A stretch of DNA of 64,000 nucleotides from NCBI RefSeq assembly GCF_009914755.1, contig NC_060929.1; one strand, given 5' to 3'. The notes beneath the pieces are model-generated. The model did not search any database and was not told where the DNA came from. It saw only the letters and a program-made list of their open reading frames with translations. The translations under genes were made by a program, and so were the position numbers. The DNA is from the human T2T-CHM13v2.0 reference genome, Homo sapiens. This document shows positions 1 to 12,975 of the stretch, in pieces (within the stretch, counting starts at the first letter, position 1; every line of letters begins with the position of its first letter).

Positions 1-346
1 ACTTAATCATTGATGATGGTAAATATGATTCCTGTTCATAGCCTTAAAAATTTTGAAACACCAAAACACAAAGATGTCTATCACATATCCAAAGTACTGA
101 TATAAAAAAAGGACGTGAATTTTTCTGGGTTTCAAAATTGAGTATACACTGTACTATCATACAGAAAGGATTTACCAATGAAAACCTGGTTTAAAAAAAG
201 TGCTCTTATTCAGATATACCAAGATATAATACAAAATAGGAGCTTATAAAAAACAAGTATGACAATAGAACTCTTTTTGTTTTTGAACAAAAATGCATTT
301 TATACAAACTCCCTTAAAATGAATAAGTCATATAAGAATGCTGTAT

Positions 347-1105
347 TTGAGGACACTGTGCCAGTCTGGTGTTAGCTTCCAGCCCTCATTGTGGAAGGTG
401 ACAGCAGTCATGGTGATATTTGAGCAGATGAGAGCCAATGTGGGCATGTTGCTCCAGGGTATCAACAGGAACAATCCTGAGAAGCTGGCCACCCTGGAGT
501 GCTACGTGGAGATGCAGGCCAAGGACACTGCCTATGATCTGGAAGCCAACCCAGTTGTCCTGAAGCTGTACCAGTCCAACCCAGCGTTTTTTCAGACCAC
601 GGACACTGCCCAGATCCAGCTGAAGGCCCTCACCAACCTGCCACATACCAACTTCACCCCGTGTAAGTGCATGATTGGCCAGGCACATCAAGAAGAGTGG
701 CCATCTGACAGATTTTGTATCTCAAGGACCTGCTGGAGACCAGCCTCTTTCAGGCCTTCTGGGAAGCCCTGGATGAAAACGTGGACCTCTTGGAAGGTAT
801 AACTGGCTTTGAAGACTCTGTCTGAATGTGTATCTGCCCTGTCGTGGGTATCACTTACCAGCACATCGACCACTGGCTGCTGGCCGAGATGCCTGGGTAT
901 CTGTCGGACAGCCAGCTGAAGGTGTGGATGAGAAAATACACCTGGAGGGCTGATGAGTCCCAGCAGATCTTCATCTGTAGCCAGGAAGAGAACATTAAGC
1001 CCAAGAACCCTGTGGAGAAGATAGACTTTGACAGTGTGTCCAGCATCATGGCCTTCTTCCAGTAACTGCAGGTGTTTAATAAAGATTTGTTGACTTAAAA
1101 AAAAA
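347..1105 (+). pseudogene. EIF3KP1: EIF3K processed pseudogene (probably EIF3KP1)
   Basis: Intronless EIF3K-like coding from ATG 410 (MVIFEQMRANVG...) to TAA 1063-1065 (...EKIDFDSVSSIMAFFQ). 1-nt frameshift near 703 and CGA>TGA stops (e.g. 823-825). AATAAA at 1078-1083, A-tail at 1097-1105, degenerate TSD aagaatgctgtat (334-346) / aagaatattatat (1104-1116). The P1 numbering is inferred from the GIN1 neighbourhood. Confidence 0.93.
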
Positions 1106-1799
1106 GAATATTATATAATTCTTCATGCCTTCAAAATATACATATATTGTCTAGAAAACTGATGGGTAAGTTGAGTCCTTTCTGATGCTAGTTCTAGCCT
1201 CGTACTCCTTTGCCTAATAATTTTACCTTCTCAGCAGGAGATTTCTCATGATGAAAACTCCCTGTAGTTGTGATTCTCTGCTTTGTTTATTTGGTAATTA
1301 ACTTGTCCTCTGTAATTGGAAGAGTGTCAACCATGCATGTAGCTAGAACAACACAATTGCACTGGTTCTTACAACTCACTTATACTTCCAGATAAGGAGA
1401 CAGCATTATTCAATAGAATGGCCCAGTCTTAGCCATTCTTTTGAGTTTGCAAAGAACACTGGGTTAAGGTCAGAAAAGATCTGAAATTTTGAGTTCTAGA
1501 TTTGATTATTTTACATACCATTGTCTTAGGCTTCTTTAGTAATCACAAACAAATTCAAACAGGCTTAAGAACTAAACATGTTCTTGTTATAAATTCTTGT
1601 TATTAAGAATTACTATATAATAAATGAGGAAAATAACAATTTATCAATAAAAAATATTGTTTGATTCATATAACTGAAAAGCCCAGGCATGGCTAGATCC
1701 AGAGACTCAGATGAAACAAACAGGATTTGGCTTCCCTCTCAGTTTGGCTTGCTTCTATATAGGGTTTACCTTCATTCAGACTCTCCACATATGTGGTAA

Positions 1800-3332
1800 T
1801 GTCAGAGGATCCAGCCCGGATCCCATGCCTGCCAAGGGCAAGCCAGGCACAGAGCAGCAAGGGGTGCATGAGTGAGCGAGTATGGGGTCCGGCCACTGCG
1901 CACTGCCAGGTATGCTGGCTGTAGCAGGGCAGGTAGCTCTCAGTGCTGGCACAGGTACTGGCTCCCTGCAAGGCTGCAGCTGCACCAGGCATACCACAAA
2001 TGGCTTCCACTGTGGGCACTGGGGAACGCAGTGGGGCCCAGAAGCTTGGAGAGGCCAGGAACTGCAGAGCCCCAAAGAGGGTGTCAACACCCTGGCTCGG
2101 GTGCTCCTAGGTCTGGGCTCCCTGAAGGGCTACAGCTCATCCCTCCTTCTCTCTTCTCTCCTTCTTGTCACCCACAACGTGGTAAGCAAGGGGCATGTTT
2201 CAGCTCTGTTTGTGTTACCACTCTTCAGTTCTACCATTAGGCAGGTCCCGAGTTCTTGTCTCATGTCTGAGAAGAATGAGGTATGTGGCCATCTGGAGGG
2301 TGAGTAAGGTGAAGATGTGCTTTATTGAGCAAGAGTACAGCTCTCAGGAGACCCAAAGTGGGTAACTCCTTTCTGCAGGCAGTTCATCCCAATGAGTTCA
2401 GCTCTCAGTGGAGGGGCGACCTGGAGTGGGTGAGCTCCTCTCTGCAGGGAGGTCATCCTGACATCTGCTCAGCTCTCAGCTGAGAGGAGACCCACAGTGG
2501 GTAGCTCCTCTCTGCAGGCATGTCCTCCCAATGTCTGCTCAACTCAGCTGAGAGGAGACCCACAGTGGGTAGTTCCTCTCTGCAGGAAGGTCATCCTGAC
2601 GCCCTAGTACAGCTGAGTCCAGGGTTTTTCTGGGCTTTGGAGGAGAGGAAGTACATGTTGATTGGTCCATGGGCAGCCACGGGCAAGTCAGATAAAGCAC
2701 CATAAGTTCTCACTCTGGTCCACGGAACTGGCACTCTGGGCCTCAGGCTTCATGCCATCCCAGGCCTGAAGGTGGAGCTTCACCAGGGACCTGCCCCTTT
2801 CTGCCCAGAAGCCTGTCTGCCTCCCTCCGCCATCAACCTGCTGTTCACCCAAACTGTTTGTGCCCGGAGCACCTGCAGGCTTGTGCCAAGCCATCCTCAG
2901 CAACCTCCCAGCCTCCCTCCTGTGCTCATTAGCACCCAAAATCCAGAGGGGGCCAGAGTGGCAGGGGGCTGGCATGTCAGCACTGCTCCTAGCATGCACA
3001 CACCCAGCCAGGTCATGACAGCACCTGAGCTTGGCCTCATCTTTGCTCCAAAATTGCAGTGGGTGCCAGGAGCAGGGAAAGGCCAGGCAGTGAAAGCAGG
3101 TATTTCTAAGCCTGTGGGGGCAAGAAGGGCTTCCTAGGTCCCCAACAGTGCAGAGATGTCTAGGTCCACAGCTACGGCTGGGTGGTTACAGCCCCCTCCA
3201 ACTTGGAAGGGGGCGGGGCTTCTGCTTGTTCCTGGCTCCTGTGTTCCAGGGAGCATGCAGTCCTGACTCCGCCTCCCCCATGGCAGCCAGCATCATGGCA
3301 GCCTGCTCCTAGACCGGCCACGGCTGCCATCA
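1800..3332 (-). mobile_element. MER52-type ERV1 solo LTR
   Basis: TG...CA ends with 4-bp TSD GTAA (1796-1799, 3333-3336). Minus strand starts tgatggcagccgtggccggtctaggagcaggctgccatg like MER52. GC-rich, with an internal ~65-70 bp tandem repeat at 2335-2600. Confidence 0.85.
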
Positions 3333-3451
3333 GTAATAAAGGTGGCAGCCAACAGTTCTAGGTTTAGATGCTACCAGCATTTACTCTGACATATATGGTT
3401 TCTCTTTCCAAAGAGTTCCAATACACTAACTGGCCTGATTTGGTTCGTGTG

Positions 3452-3875
3452 TATCTTAGTCAATTTTGTGTTATTATAAAATAATACCTGAGGCTGGGTA
3501 ATTTATAAAGGAAAGAGGTATATATGTCTCATGGCTCAGCAGGCTATACAAGAAGCATGGAACTGGCATCTGCGTTTGGTGAGGGTCTCAGGCTGCTTCT
3601 GCTCACTGTGGAGGGTGAAGGAGAGCCAGCATATGCAGCAATCATATGGGGAATAAGGAAGCAAGAGAGAGAGGAGAAGGTGTCAGTCTTCTTTTAACAA
3701 CAGGCTCTGGAGGGAGCTAATAGAGTGAGAACTCACCCCAAAAGAGGGCATTAATCTGTTCATGGGGGATCTGCCCCCATAACCCAAACACTTCCTATTA
3801 GGTCCCACTTCTGAACTTGGGGATCAAATTTCAATATGAAATTAGGTCAGAACAAACCATATCCAAACTACAGCA
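3452..3875 (-). mobile_element. MST (MSTB-like) MaLR solo LTR
   Basis: Minus strand runs tgctgtagtttggatatggtttg...gactaagata. 5-bp TSD gtgtg/atgtg; ~424 bp. Confidence 0.85.
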
Positions 3876-4509
3876 ATGTGCCAACCCCAGAACCAGTCAC
3901 TGGGGCCAGGGAAAATGTGATGCTGGATTAGCCAAGCCTCCATGGAGCCAGGGACACAGTCACTTTCCACAGTAACTACATTGATGATTCAGAAAGATTG
4001 GTTTTCCCCAAGGAAACATAGGATACTATTGCTAGTTGAATAAGAGCAGATTCTATGGAAGAAAAAAGAGTGGATATTCATTACTGTTATATTGGACCTT
4101 AACACTTAACCATAATATTTCTCAGATAATGGGGTTTAATGTAATAGCTATTTGTGTAATGTTTAAATTATTACATTAAAAAGAGACATTTTATAATTAA
4201 GTCTATACTAATGTATTTATGAAGATAGCCTCAAGGGGTCCCACAAACAATATTGAATACAAGAAGAAATGTTAAACTTTGTTTTGTTAAAATAACAATG
4301 AAAACCAAAAAATACATACACGTCCAAGAGTAGAGATTTGAGGCTTAAAAGCTATCTTTATACTATGATATCTACCCAGAAAAAGGTTGATAGAAACATC
4401 CAGTCAAAAAAAGAGACAAAGTGATCAAGAACCAAAATTTGATGTTCAGTGAATACTACTTATTGTGAAACAAACATGCAAGCAAATTACGGTGTTCTGT
4501 TGTCTCCAC

Positions 4510-5500
4510 TTTTTACTTTGAAAATTTTAAAGCTACAGAATTATTGAAGACTTACAGTGAACACCCATATATTCCTCACTTAAATTTATAGTGCTTAACA
4601 TTTTGCCATATTTTCATTCTCTCTCTCATAGATACACACACATATGTGTACATACACACTAGTTTGTTTACTTTCGCTGAACCATTTGAAAATAAGTTGC
4701 ATTATGTGCAATTTTTGTATTCAGATTATACCTTAAAGCTAGAAAAAAACTGTTTAAATAAAGACAACAGGAGGAACTTGGGGTGGAAGCTGCATACATC
4801 ATAACCTTCACCCTAAATACTTCCATATGTATTGCCCAAGAACTAGGACATTCTCCTACATAACCACGAAACCATTACTACACTCAGTAAACTTAACACA
4901 TTCTTTATTATCAACCAATATGTAGCTCATATAGAAACCCTCAATGTCCCCATAAAGTCCTTTGGAGCTTTTGATTTTTGATCCAGGATCCAATTAAGAT
5001 TCATACAATGCATCCGCTTATATCTCTTTTGTCTCCTTTGACCTAAAGTAATTCTGTATCATTTTTTCCTTCCAAAACATGGACATTTTTGAAGAGTCCA
5101 AGTCAGTTGTCTAGCACAATGTCTCCCTGTCTAGATTCATACGGCTGTTGCCTCATAATTGTGACATTTCCTACTTTCCACTGCTTCATATTGGAGGCAC
5201 ATAATGTCGTTTTCCCCCCATTATTGATGATACCAAATGTGGTCACTTCAGTAAGATTGTGTCCACTAAATCTCTTCATTGTACATGTTCCACTTCCACT
5301 TTGTCTTTAGAAAGTAATCTGAGAGAAAACACTCTGAGACCATATGAGTATCGTGTTCCCTAACGACATTTTACCCAATAGTTTTAGGTATTCAACCATT
5401 TTCTGAATCCATAATTTTGAGGGAGTTCTCAAATAATGATTTTCTAACTCCATCATTTCATCTTTACTTAATTGCTGGCATTCTTCTGTAAATGACTGAG
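4510..5500 (-). mobile_element. Old L1MC-like 3' end fragments
   Basis: Diverged similarity to L1MC4/5 3' UTR (gaacacccatatattcctcac..., gaaccatttgaaaataagttgca, ccctaaatacttc). Confidence 0.55.
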
Positions 5501-6798
5501 ACTCTTACTCTCCCACCCTAAGAGAATTTGGCAGCATTCATTCAGGTGCATAAAACAATTTCCTCATTTTATTTGTAAGCAATATGACATGCACCCAAAA
5601 TTCACGGTATAAATATGGTCGAATATCTTGTTTTCCTACTTAATTACTCAAGTCCTTACCTCGCTTATTGGCAGAAAGTCAATTATCACCTTTCATTGGT
5701 TGGCTTCCCCATCTTTTCCCTCCTCTGGAATTGTTAAAAACAACAACAACAAAAACCAAGAAAACAAAGACAAAACCTATGTCCCTTCAAAAGGCATGGA
5801 TAGAATCAGCAGTAGATTTCCAGATGCAACAAGGGCATATTCAAGTGTAAGGCAACCATGCTGCAATTGCTTCTTGCTGCCTCATGATGTCACTGATGAA
5901 GATTGTTATCTATTAATATACCAGTCCTAAAAAAACATGCTCCCCTGCTAGCTGCCGTAATTCAGACCGCCCTCCCTGAGTGCTGTACGTGCTTTCTAAG
6001 GGCCGATCTTTTTAGTGCTAGGTTCTTTTAGTTCACACACAGGCTCAGGAGTCCTGGGTCAGGGCTGATTCTCATATCTGTGCTTCATGGACACAAAACC
6101 ACCACCTGCTTTTCCTTCATATAATCCATACTAGGGGTCAGGAGCTTCTGCTCTTAAACCTCAAAACCCAGAGTTACATCAGTCCTCCTTTACTAGAGAT
6201 GGGCTGGCCATTTTTGTTCTGTATCCCTTTCCCAAAGATACTCTAGTGAGTCTCAAGTACTCAACCCTACCTAGCCAGAGGCACTTCCTTCCATGATTCA
6301 AAGGTGATTTCTGACACCTGTTTGTCATTTAGCAAACACTGCTGAAAGTTTCACAAACAAAAACTAAGTTCTTAGGATACAGTGTTAAAGGGCAATAACC
6401 TACCTGTATTGAGATTTATATTCTAATGGCTTTTTTTTTTTGTAAAGAAGAACAAAACTAAAATGTAGTTCCTGGCTGGGCATCTCAGACATACATTAAT
6501 AGATTTTTTTTTTTTTTAAATGAGGCTCAAAGAAAAGAATTAACTAATCTAGTTACACTAATCCCAATGCCTCTTTAGGTTAATTTAGTTTCTGGCACTT
6601 TGAATTTTCAGAGTTTATTTTCTCTTGTACTGTATTTCCCAGAAGTCATAGAATTCTTAGAAATCTTCTGGAGTTCTAAATTTCTAGAGTCTTGTTCTGA
6701 GACCTGTTTGGCCTCCATTTGAAAGAAAGAGATCCCTCCTTAAAAACAAAACCACAATTCTCACATCTGTGATAAAATATGGTACCCAGGTAACCCAA

Positions 6799-6924
6799 CA
6801 CCAGCATGGCACATGTATACATATGTAACTAACCTGCACATTGTGCACATGTACCCTAAAACTTAAAGTATAATAATAATAAATAAATAAATAAATAAAT
6901 AAATGAAAAAATAAATAAATAAAT
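6799..6924 (+). mobile_element. Very short 5'-truncated young L1PA 3' end with (TAAA)n tail
   Basis: caccagcatggcacatgtatacatatgtaactaacctgcacattgtgcacatgtaccctaaaacttaaagtataat followed by an A-rich tail. Confidence 0.92.
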
Positions 6925-7140
6925 TGAAAGGTGAAGGATTCATTCAACAGGCATTAATTAAGTTTATCTGCAAAATACAAAGATGAAAAAAGCACAGATC
7001 CCTTAAATGTCTGTAATCTAGTAAGGTAGCTAAAATAGCATATAACTAATTAGATTTTAAGGCATAAGAAGAAAACAAGTAAAATGCTATCAAATTGTTA
7101 TTGAAGAGCAGAAAGGCTTCATAAAAAAGATAGTATTTGA

Positions 7141-7555
<415 letters not shown>

Positions 7556-9982
7556 TTATAGTAGGGGATTAACAACAGGGCTATATTCCATAACACTCAG
7601 GCTAGTTTAGGGGAGCAGTAGTGGATGGGCTGGAAAGCCAGGCTGATAAAACTAGAAATATTTCAAAACCATGAGAAGGAATTGGAATGTAACTGCATTT
7701 TACATACTTGTTTTTTTCATACATGTTAATATGCTGAGAGCTGTTAGTAAAAGTAAAAAAGTGTTTTCTTTACTGAACAGAACAAAGAAAAGAACAAATT
7801 ATACTTGAAATAAAATCTCAAGTTAGTCTGAATTCCTAGGAAATGGAGTATTGTTCTATATAAATACTGGATAAAAGCTCTTTATCAGACATATGATTTG
7901 CAAATATGTTTTCTTAGTATGTGGACTACCTTTTCATTCTCTCAGCCTTGTCTTTCAAAGGGAAGTTTTTAATTTTATATTTAATTTTAATCTCTCTCTC
8001 TCTCTTTGTGTGCTTGTGTGTGTGTGTGTCTCTCTCTATGTCTTTATCTGTATCTCCAGCCCACAGCTCTGTTTTCCTCAGTGTTGGCTTTATTCTCTAG
8101 AATGTTCTTTCTATGTGATATAAAAATGTCTCTAGTTGATATCTATAAAAATTTAAAGAGAGAGACTCCCCTATGCACCCCAAATCTGTATCAATCCCCA
8201 AAAGGATTCAGAAACACAAGAACACTAGTATTTTCTTTCTCAGAAATGACAACAGATATGCAATAACTTACCCATTAGTCCTTGCAGCTCACTATTTCAA
8301 GAGAGGAAACTTTTCCTTGAAGCCTCTAAGACAGTTTCGGTCACATGCATTGTGTGGCCATTTCTGAGCTAATCCATAGCAAAGAATGGCCCATGGCTCT
8401 ACCCATGGAGAAGTGCTAGCCACTTAAACAAAATTTGGGTAGGAAAAAAGAAAACGGTTGCTGAGTAGGTAACAGACAATCCACTACAGACCGGCCACAG
8501 TTCATGTTTAGAAAATAACATTTGTTTATTGATGGATATCTGCTAAGCTCCCTGACCTCAAGTATCTCACAATCTAAAGGGAAAATAAAGCATAAATTCA
8601 CTTCATTAAGTTCAGTGATGGATGTAAAGTCAGATATTTGACAAAGTTCAGAATGAGGAATCACAGAAGGTGTATGTTAATGTTCAAGAAAACAGAAAAA
8701 ATTTTAAACAAAAGTTGTAGGTAGAAGTTGGTAGTGGAGAACTTTCTTTGCATAGTTCTTTAGTAGTAAATTAGCTTTTTAAATCACCCTAGTACCTATC
8801 TAAAAATCAAATATTGTATAATTTTCTTATTATGTCATTGATGCTCTTCCAGTAAGAATTTAATTCCAGAGTAATAAGAATCCAATAAAAGTTTCAAAAA
8901 ACAAAGATTCTAAGTGAGAAGTGAAAGTATGTCCTGAAAAAAGGCTGCATAGTATTGCATTGGTCTCAAAGTTACTGGGCTGAAAAGAGCCTGAATTCCA
9001 GATCACAGTGTATAAAATATTTTAGTGTCACTTTCATATTGTATATGTAAATACTTAGATGTTTTATGATGTTATTTTCTCAAAATACCTAGTATATACT
9101 TTTCATTATTTAGATAGATTAGAATAGATATGTGGATTATAAATACATAAATAAATAGATAATCAATTGACAATTGATTAATAAACAGACTGACAGTCAT
9201 AGAAAGAAGGAGTGGAAGAGTCGGTGAGGGAAGGAAAGATGAGGGAGATATCCACATACATAGATTTTTCATAAAGAGTTCTTCAGGGTAGTTATTACCA
9301 TTGCAGTGAATGACTGACATCTGGTGGTAAACTTAATAAAACATTTGTGTGGATTTGTGCATTCAAAAATAGGTGTTATTTAGTGGATGATGGCCGTCTT
9401 CAAGTAGAATAATTTAAAATACTGCCAGTCTTTCAGTTTTTATGTCTACATTATGCCAAGCATCCAAATATTTTAAAATATCTGCAACTCAGGTGTCACA
9501 CAGATGCTGACAGTATCTGTATTCTCTTCACCAAAAGAGTCACTATTAACACACCAAAAAGAAAATAATTAAAGTGTGCTGGGTTTGCGTATTAAAAATA
9601 GGAGGAATATTTTTAAAACCCAGTGACTGTCAAAAAGGTTAAATGGTGATCTATTACTGTATAGTCTTCTGTCTAATTAGCTTCCTGGCTAAATTTATGT
9701 TGACCTAAGTTGGTTGCATTATCTCTTGATTAAACTAATAAACCAGTCATCTAGGCAATGAATATTCATTCACAGCCTACCCTGTGATGAGCTCTATGTA
9801 ACGTACAGAATTATAAGTAAAACATGGTTCTTGCCCTTAAAAAAATTACAGCCTTATTGAAAAGAAATGACTAGCAAATAAGAAACGAGTAGAGAACCAT
9901 TTATAACAGTATACATTATACAGTACAGAGAGTAATTAATTTGAACAGAAAAATGAAAATTACGATGATTGGAATTGTTAGG

Positions 9983-10402
9983 TGATATGGTTTGGATCTG
10001 TGTCCCCATCTAAATCTCATGTCAAATTATAATCCCCAATGCTGAAGGTGGGGCCTCGTGGGAGGTGATTGGATCATGGGAGCGGTTCCTTCATGAATGG
10101 TTTAGCACCATCCCCTTGGTGCTGTTCTTGTGATAGAGTTCTTGTGATATCTGCTTGTTAAAAAGTATGCAGCACCTCACCACCCCTCAACTCTCTCTCT
10201 TGCTCCTCCTCCCACCATGTAAGATTCCTGCTCTGCCTTTGCCTTCTGCCATAAGTAAAAGCTTCCTGAGGTCTCCCCAACAGCAGAAGCCACTGTGCTT
10301 CCTGTACAGCCTGCAGAACTGTGAGCCAAGTAAACCTCTTTTCTTTCTAAATTACCCAGTCTTGGGTATTACTTTATATCAATGCAAGAACACACTAATA
10401 TA
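9983..10402 (+). mobile_element. MSTA MaLR solo LTR
   Basis: tgatatggtttggatctgtgtcccc...cactaatata; TSD ttagg/tcagg. Confidence 0.9.
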
Positions 10403-11093
10403 TCAGGTAAGATTTACTGAGGTAGATAGGATTAGAACTGAGCTTCTAAAAACAAGAAAGATATGAAGTGGAATGGTAAAAAAGATACAGTAGAAACTCC
10501 AGGTGATGGCGATGAGTAAAGAACAGAGGCATAAATGAACATGAACATAGTAAACCTGTGGAACAGTGTTCTGATAAAGGGAATAGAATATTTTGAGAAA
10601 TAGTGTTCCACTATTTGGCAGGCCCAGAGTAGAGTAAACTTTGTGATATCAGGTTTTGTTTGTGTTTGTTTGTTCATGTGATAAGAAATAGGGATAGTTA
10701 CATGTTGTCTTCAAATGGGTAGTGACATAACAAAAATATTAAGGAAGTGAACTGGTAGTGGACAGAAGGCTCCATTGGAAAGGTGACTGAAAATAAACTG
10801 GAGTCAGGAAGGCCACTGAATAAAATTTTGAGGTAAAGTAACCTTGGAGGCTGGCAGTGGGAACTGAATAGAAAGAATGGTGTCTTGGTCTGTTTAGCGT
10901 CACTGTAACAGAAAATCTGAGACTGTGCAATTTGTAAAGAAAAAAGGTTTATTTAGGTCATGGTTCTTCAGGCTGGAAAGTTCACGGGGATGACCTTGGC
11001 TTCTGGTGAGGGCTTTTGTTCCACATCATAATTAAAAAGAATGTTTAGTGATAAAATGTTACTTGATCCTAGGGGCCTAGGTTTTGGCTGTTT

Positions 11094-11437
11094 TGTTAAA
11101 AGAAAACCTTCAGAAAAATTAAATTTAACAGAGTTTAATTGGGAAAAGGATGATTGGCAAATTGGGTAGCCCTCAGAACCAGAATAGGTTCAGAGTGATT
11201 CCAGGGCTGCCACATGGTCTGAATGTTTGCCTTATTTGAACCTGGTTTGAACAGTTAGCTGCCTATGGATGACTGAAGTTCAGCTGCTGTGATTGGCTGG
11301 GACTTGGCTACTTGTTACAAGAATAGGTTACAGTTGGTTTATACATCAAGTTAGGTTAGAGTCCACGATGCACAGAGAAACCTTCAGGCAAAATCTAAAA
11401 TATGCATGAGCAGATTTTGGCCAAACTTAATTTAACA
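11094..11437 (-). mobile_element. MER57 3' LTR
   Basis: Minus strand tgttaaattaagtttggcc...ttttcttttaaca, TG...CA, adjacent PPT. Confidence 0.88.
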
Positions 11438-12300
11438 ATTCCCCCTTTTGGTCAATCTCTCAATTTTAAGAGTTTGATCAAAATTTTAAGCATTGACATC
11501 ACTCTCTATCAACATTGTAGATGGACTTATTTGGTCTCAAATTCTACTAGGAAATAGCAGAACAGTAGGTTTTGTAAGGTGGGAACAACGAAACAGAACA
11601 ATAGAAATACAAGTTGGTTGACATAAAGTTACTTCGGCTTACTTTTTTGTAAGGGTTGGAGCAGAGGCTACTTTCTTATTGTACTGGAATATCCCATTTT
11701 CAAGAGAAAAAAAAATGATCTGTTTTGGGATCTATCGCTTTCCTTAAATTTCCAGTTTAATTATGTGGCACTTAGCATGAGTGACTTCATTTTGGTTTAG
11801 TCTGGTCTCTTGGGACTTAGTGCAGGAGCTCAATCCAAAATAATGGCCTGCTATGATTTTGTTTAATAATTTGCCCCTTTTGGTCAGTTTCTCACTAAGG
11901 TGAAAGTGTGACCAAAACTTAGGGCATCACCATTACTCTCAGTTACCATCATTTTGGGTTTTCAGTCTCAGCACATCATTAATAGGTGATGGTGTCCTCA
12001 TGATCATAAATTTTTTGAGTTTTAATTGTTCCAGTCTGACAGACCATTGGATGATCTACATATGGTTACATGCATATATTTAAAACTTAAGAGAATACAG
12101 CAGACCAATGAGACTACTATTAAGACTATCAGAAGGATAGCACCAAGAGTTGGGAGTATGTTCCTTAGCCAGGGTCTCCATGAACCAAACCAACTAAAAT
12201 CAAATAAATCAAAGAATGGGCCAGATGAAGAGTCTACTTGTTTTAACCAAGCAGCCTGTTTGTTAATTCCCTGTGACTGAGTCTATAACATCTAATGTAT

Positions 12301-12600
12301 TCATCCCTGTGTGCAAAAAGAAGTGTCAGCAACTGTACAGATTCCTTTCTGTTTAGCCAGTAGGTAATCTAGAGCAATTCTATTATCTAGCACAATGTTA
12401 GCAAGATAAATTTTAAAAGTCTGTTGTGCAATTATAGTCTTTGCTGTAGAATCTGCTACAGAGTCTATATGTGGGATAAATTTTTAATCCTTGCCTCATT
12501 TATATTTACTCCAAGCCATAGATTAAAGGGACTTAACAAAGTATGCCCATTCAGAAGGGTATAAGCCTTCCGGTAATATTCTCTTTAAGTTAAGATGTAG
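12301..12600 (-). pseudogene. ERV env TM remnant (immunosuppressive domain and degenerate CX6CC)
   Basis: 12405->12301 translates LANIVLDNRIALDYLLAKQKGICTVADTSFCTQG*. Upstream frameshifted pieces read LKRILPEG... and ADSTAKTIIAQQT. Confidence 0.88.
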
Positions 12601-12676
12601 GCCAACAAGAGCAAACAAATGTTTTGTTTCTGAATGATTAAGGAACAAGAAATGTATCATTAAAATTCCAAGCCCA

Positions 12677-12975
12677 GGCCAGGCATGGTGGCTCATGCCT
12701 GTAATCTCAGCACTTTGGGAGGCAAGGCAGGAGGATCACTTAAGTCGAGGAGTTTGAGATCAGCCTGAGCAACATAGGGAGACACTGTCTCTACAGAAAA
12801 ATATTTAAAAATTCAGGCATGGTGGTGCACACCTGTAGTCCCAGCTAATTGGGAGGCTGATGCAAGAAGATTGCTTGAATCTGGGAGGTGAAGGCTGTGG
12901 TGAACCATGATCATGCCCTGCACCCCAGCCTGGGTGACAGAACAAGACCACATCTCAAAAAATGAAAATAAAAAA
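12677..12975 (+). mobile_element. AluJ
   Basis: Diverged Alu dimer; TSD aaaattccaagccca/aaaattcctggccca. Confidence 0.92.

Larger units (their letters stand above)
1522..4070 (-). mobile_element. Old MaLR LTR (MLT1J/K-like), split by MER52 and MST insertions
   Basis: MLT1-like sequence at 1522-1795, 3337-3450 and 3881-4070 is continuous once the two TSD-flanked inserts are removed. Confidence 0.6.

Noticed and set aside
2335-2600. ~65-70 bp repeated units that might look like a CRISPR or novel array
   Set aside because: Degenerate tandem repeat with no unique spacers, internal to the LTR, in eukaryotic DNA.
1693-3137. Several overlapping 100-140 aa ORFs
   Set aside because: All lie within the GC-rich MER52 LTR, show no protein-family resemblance, and are expected by chance.
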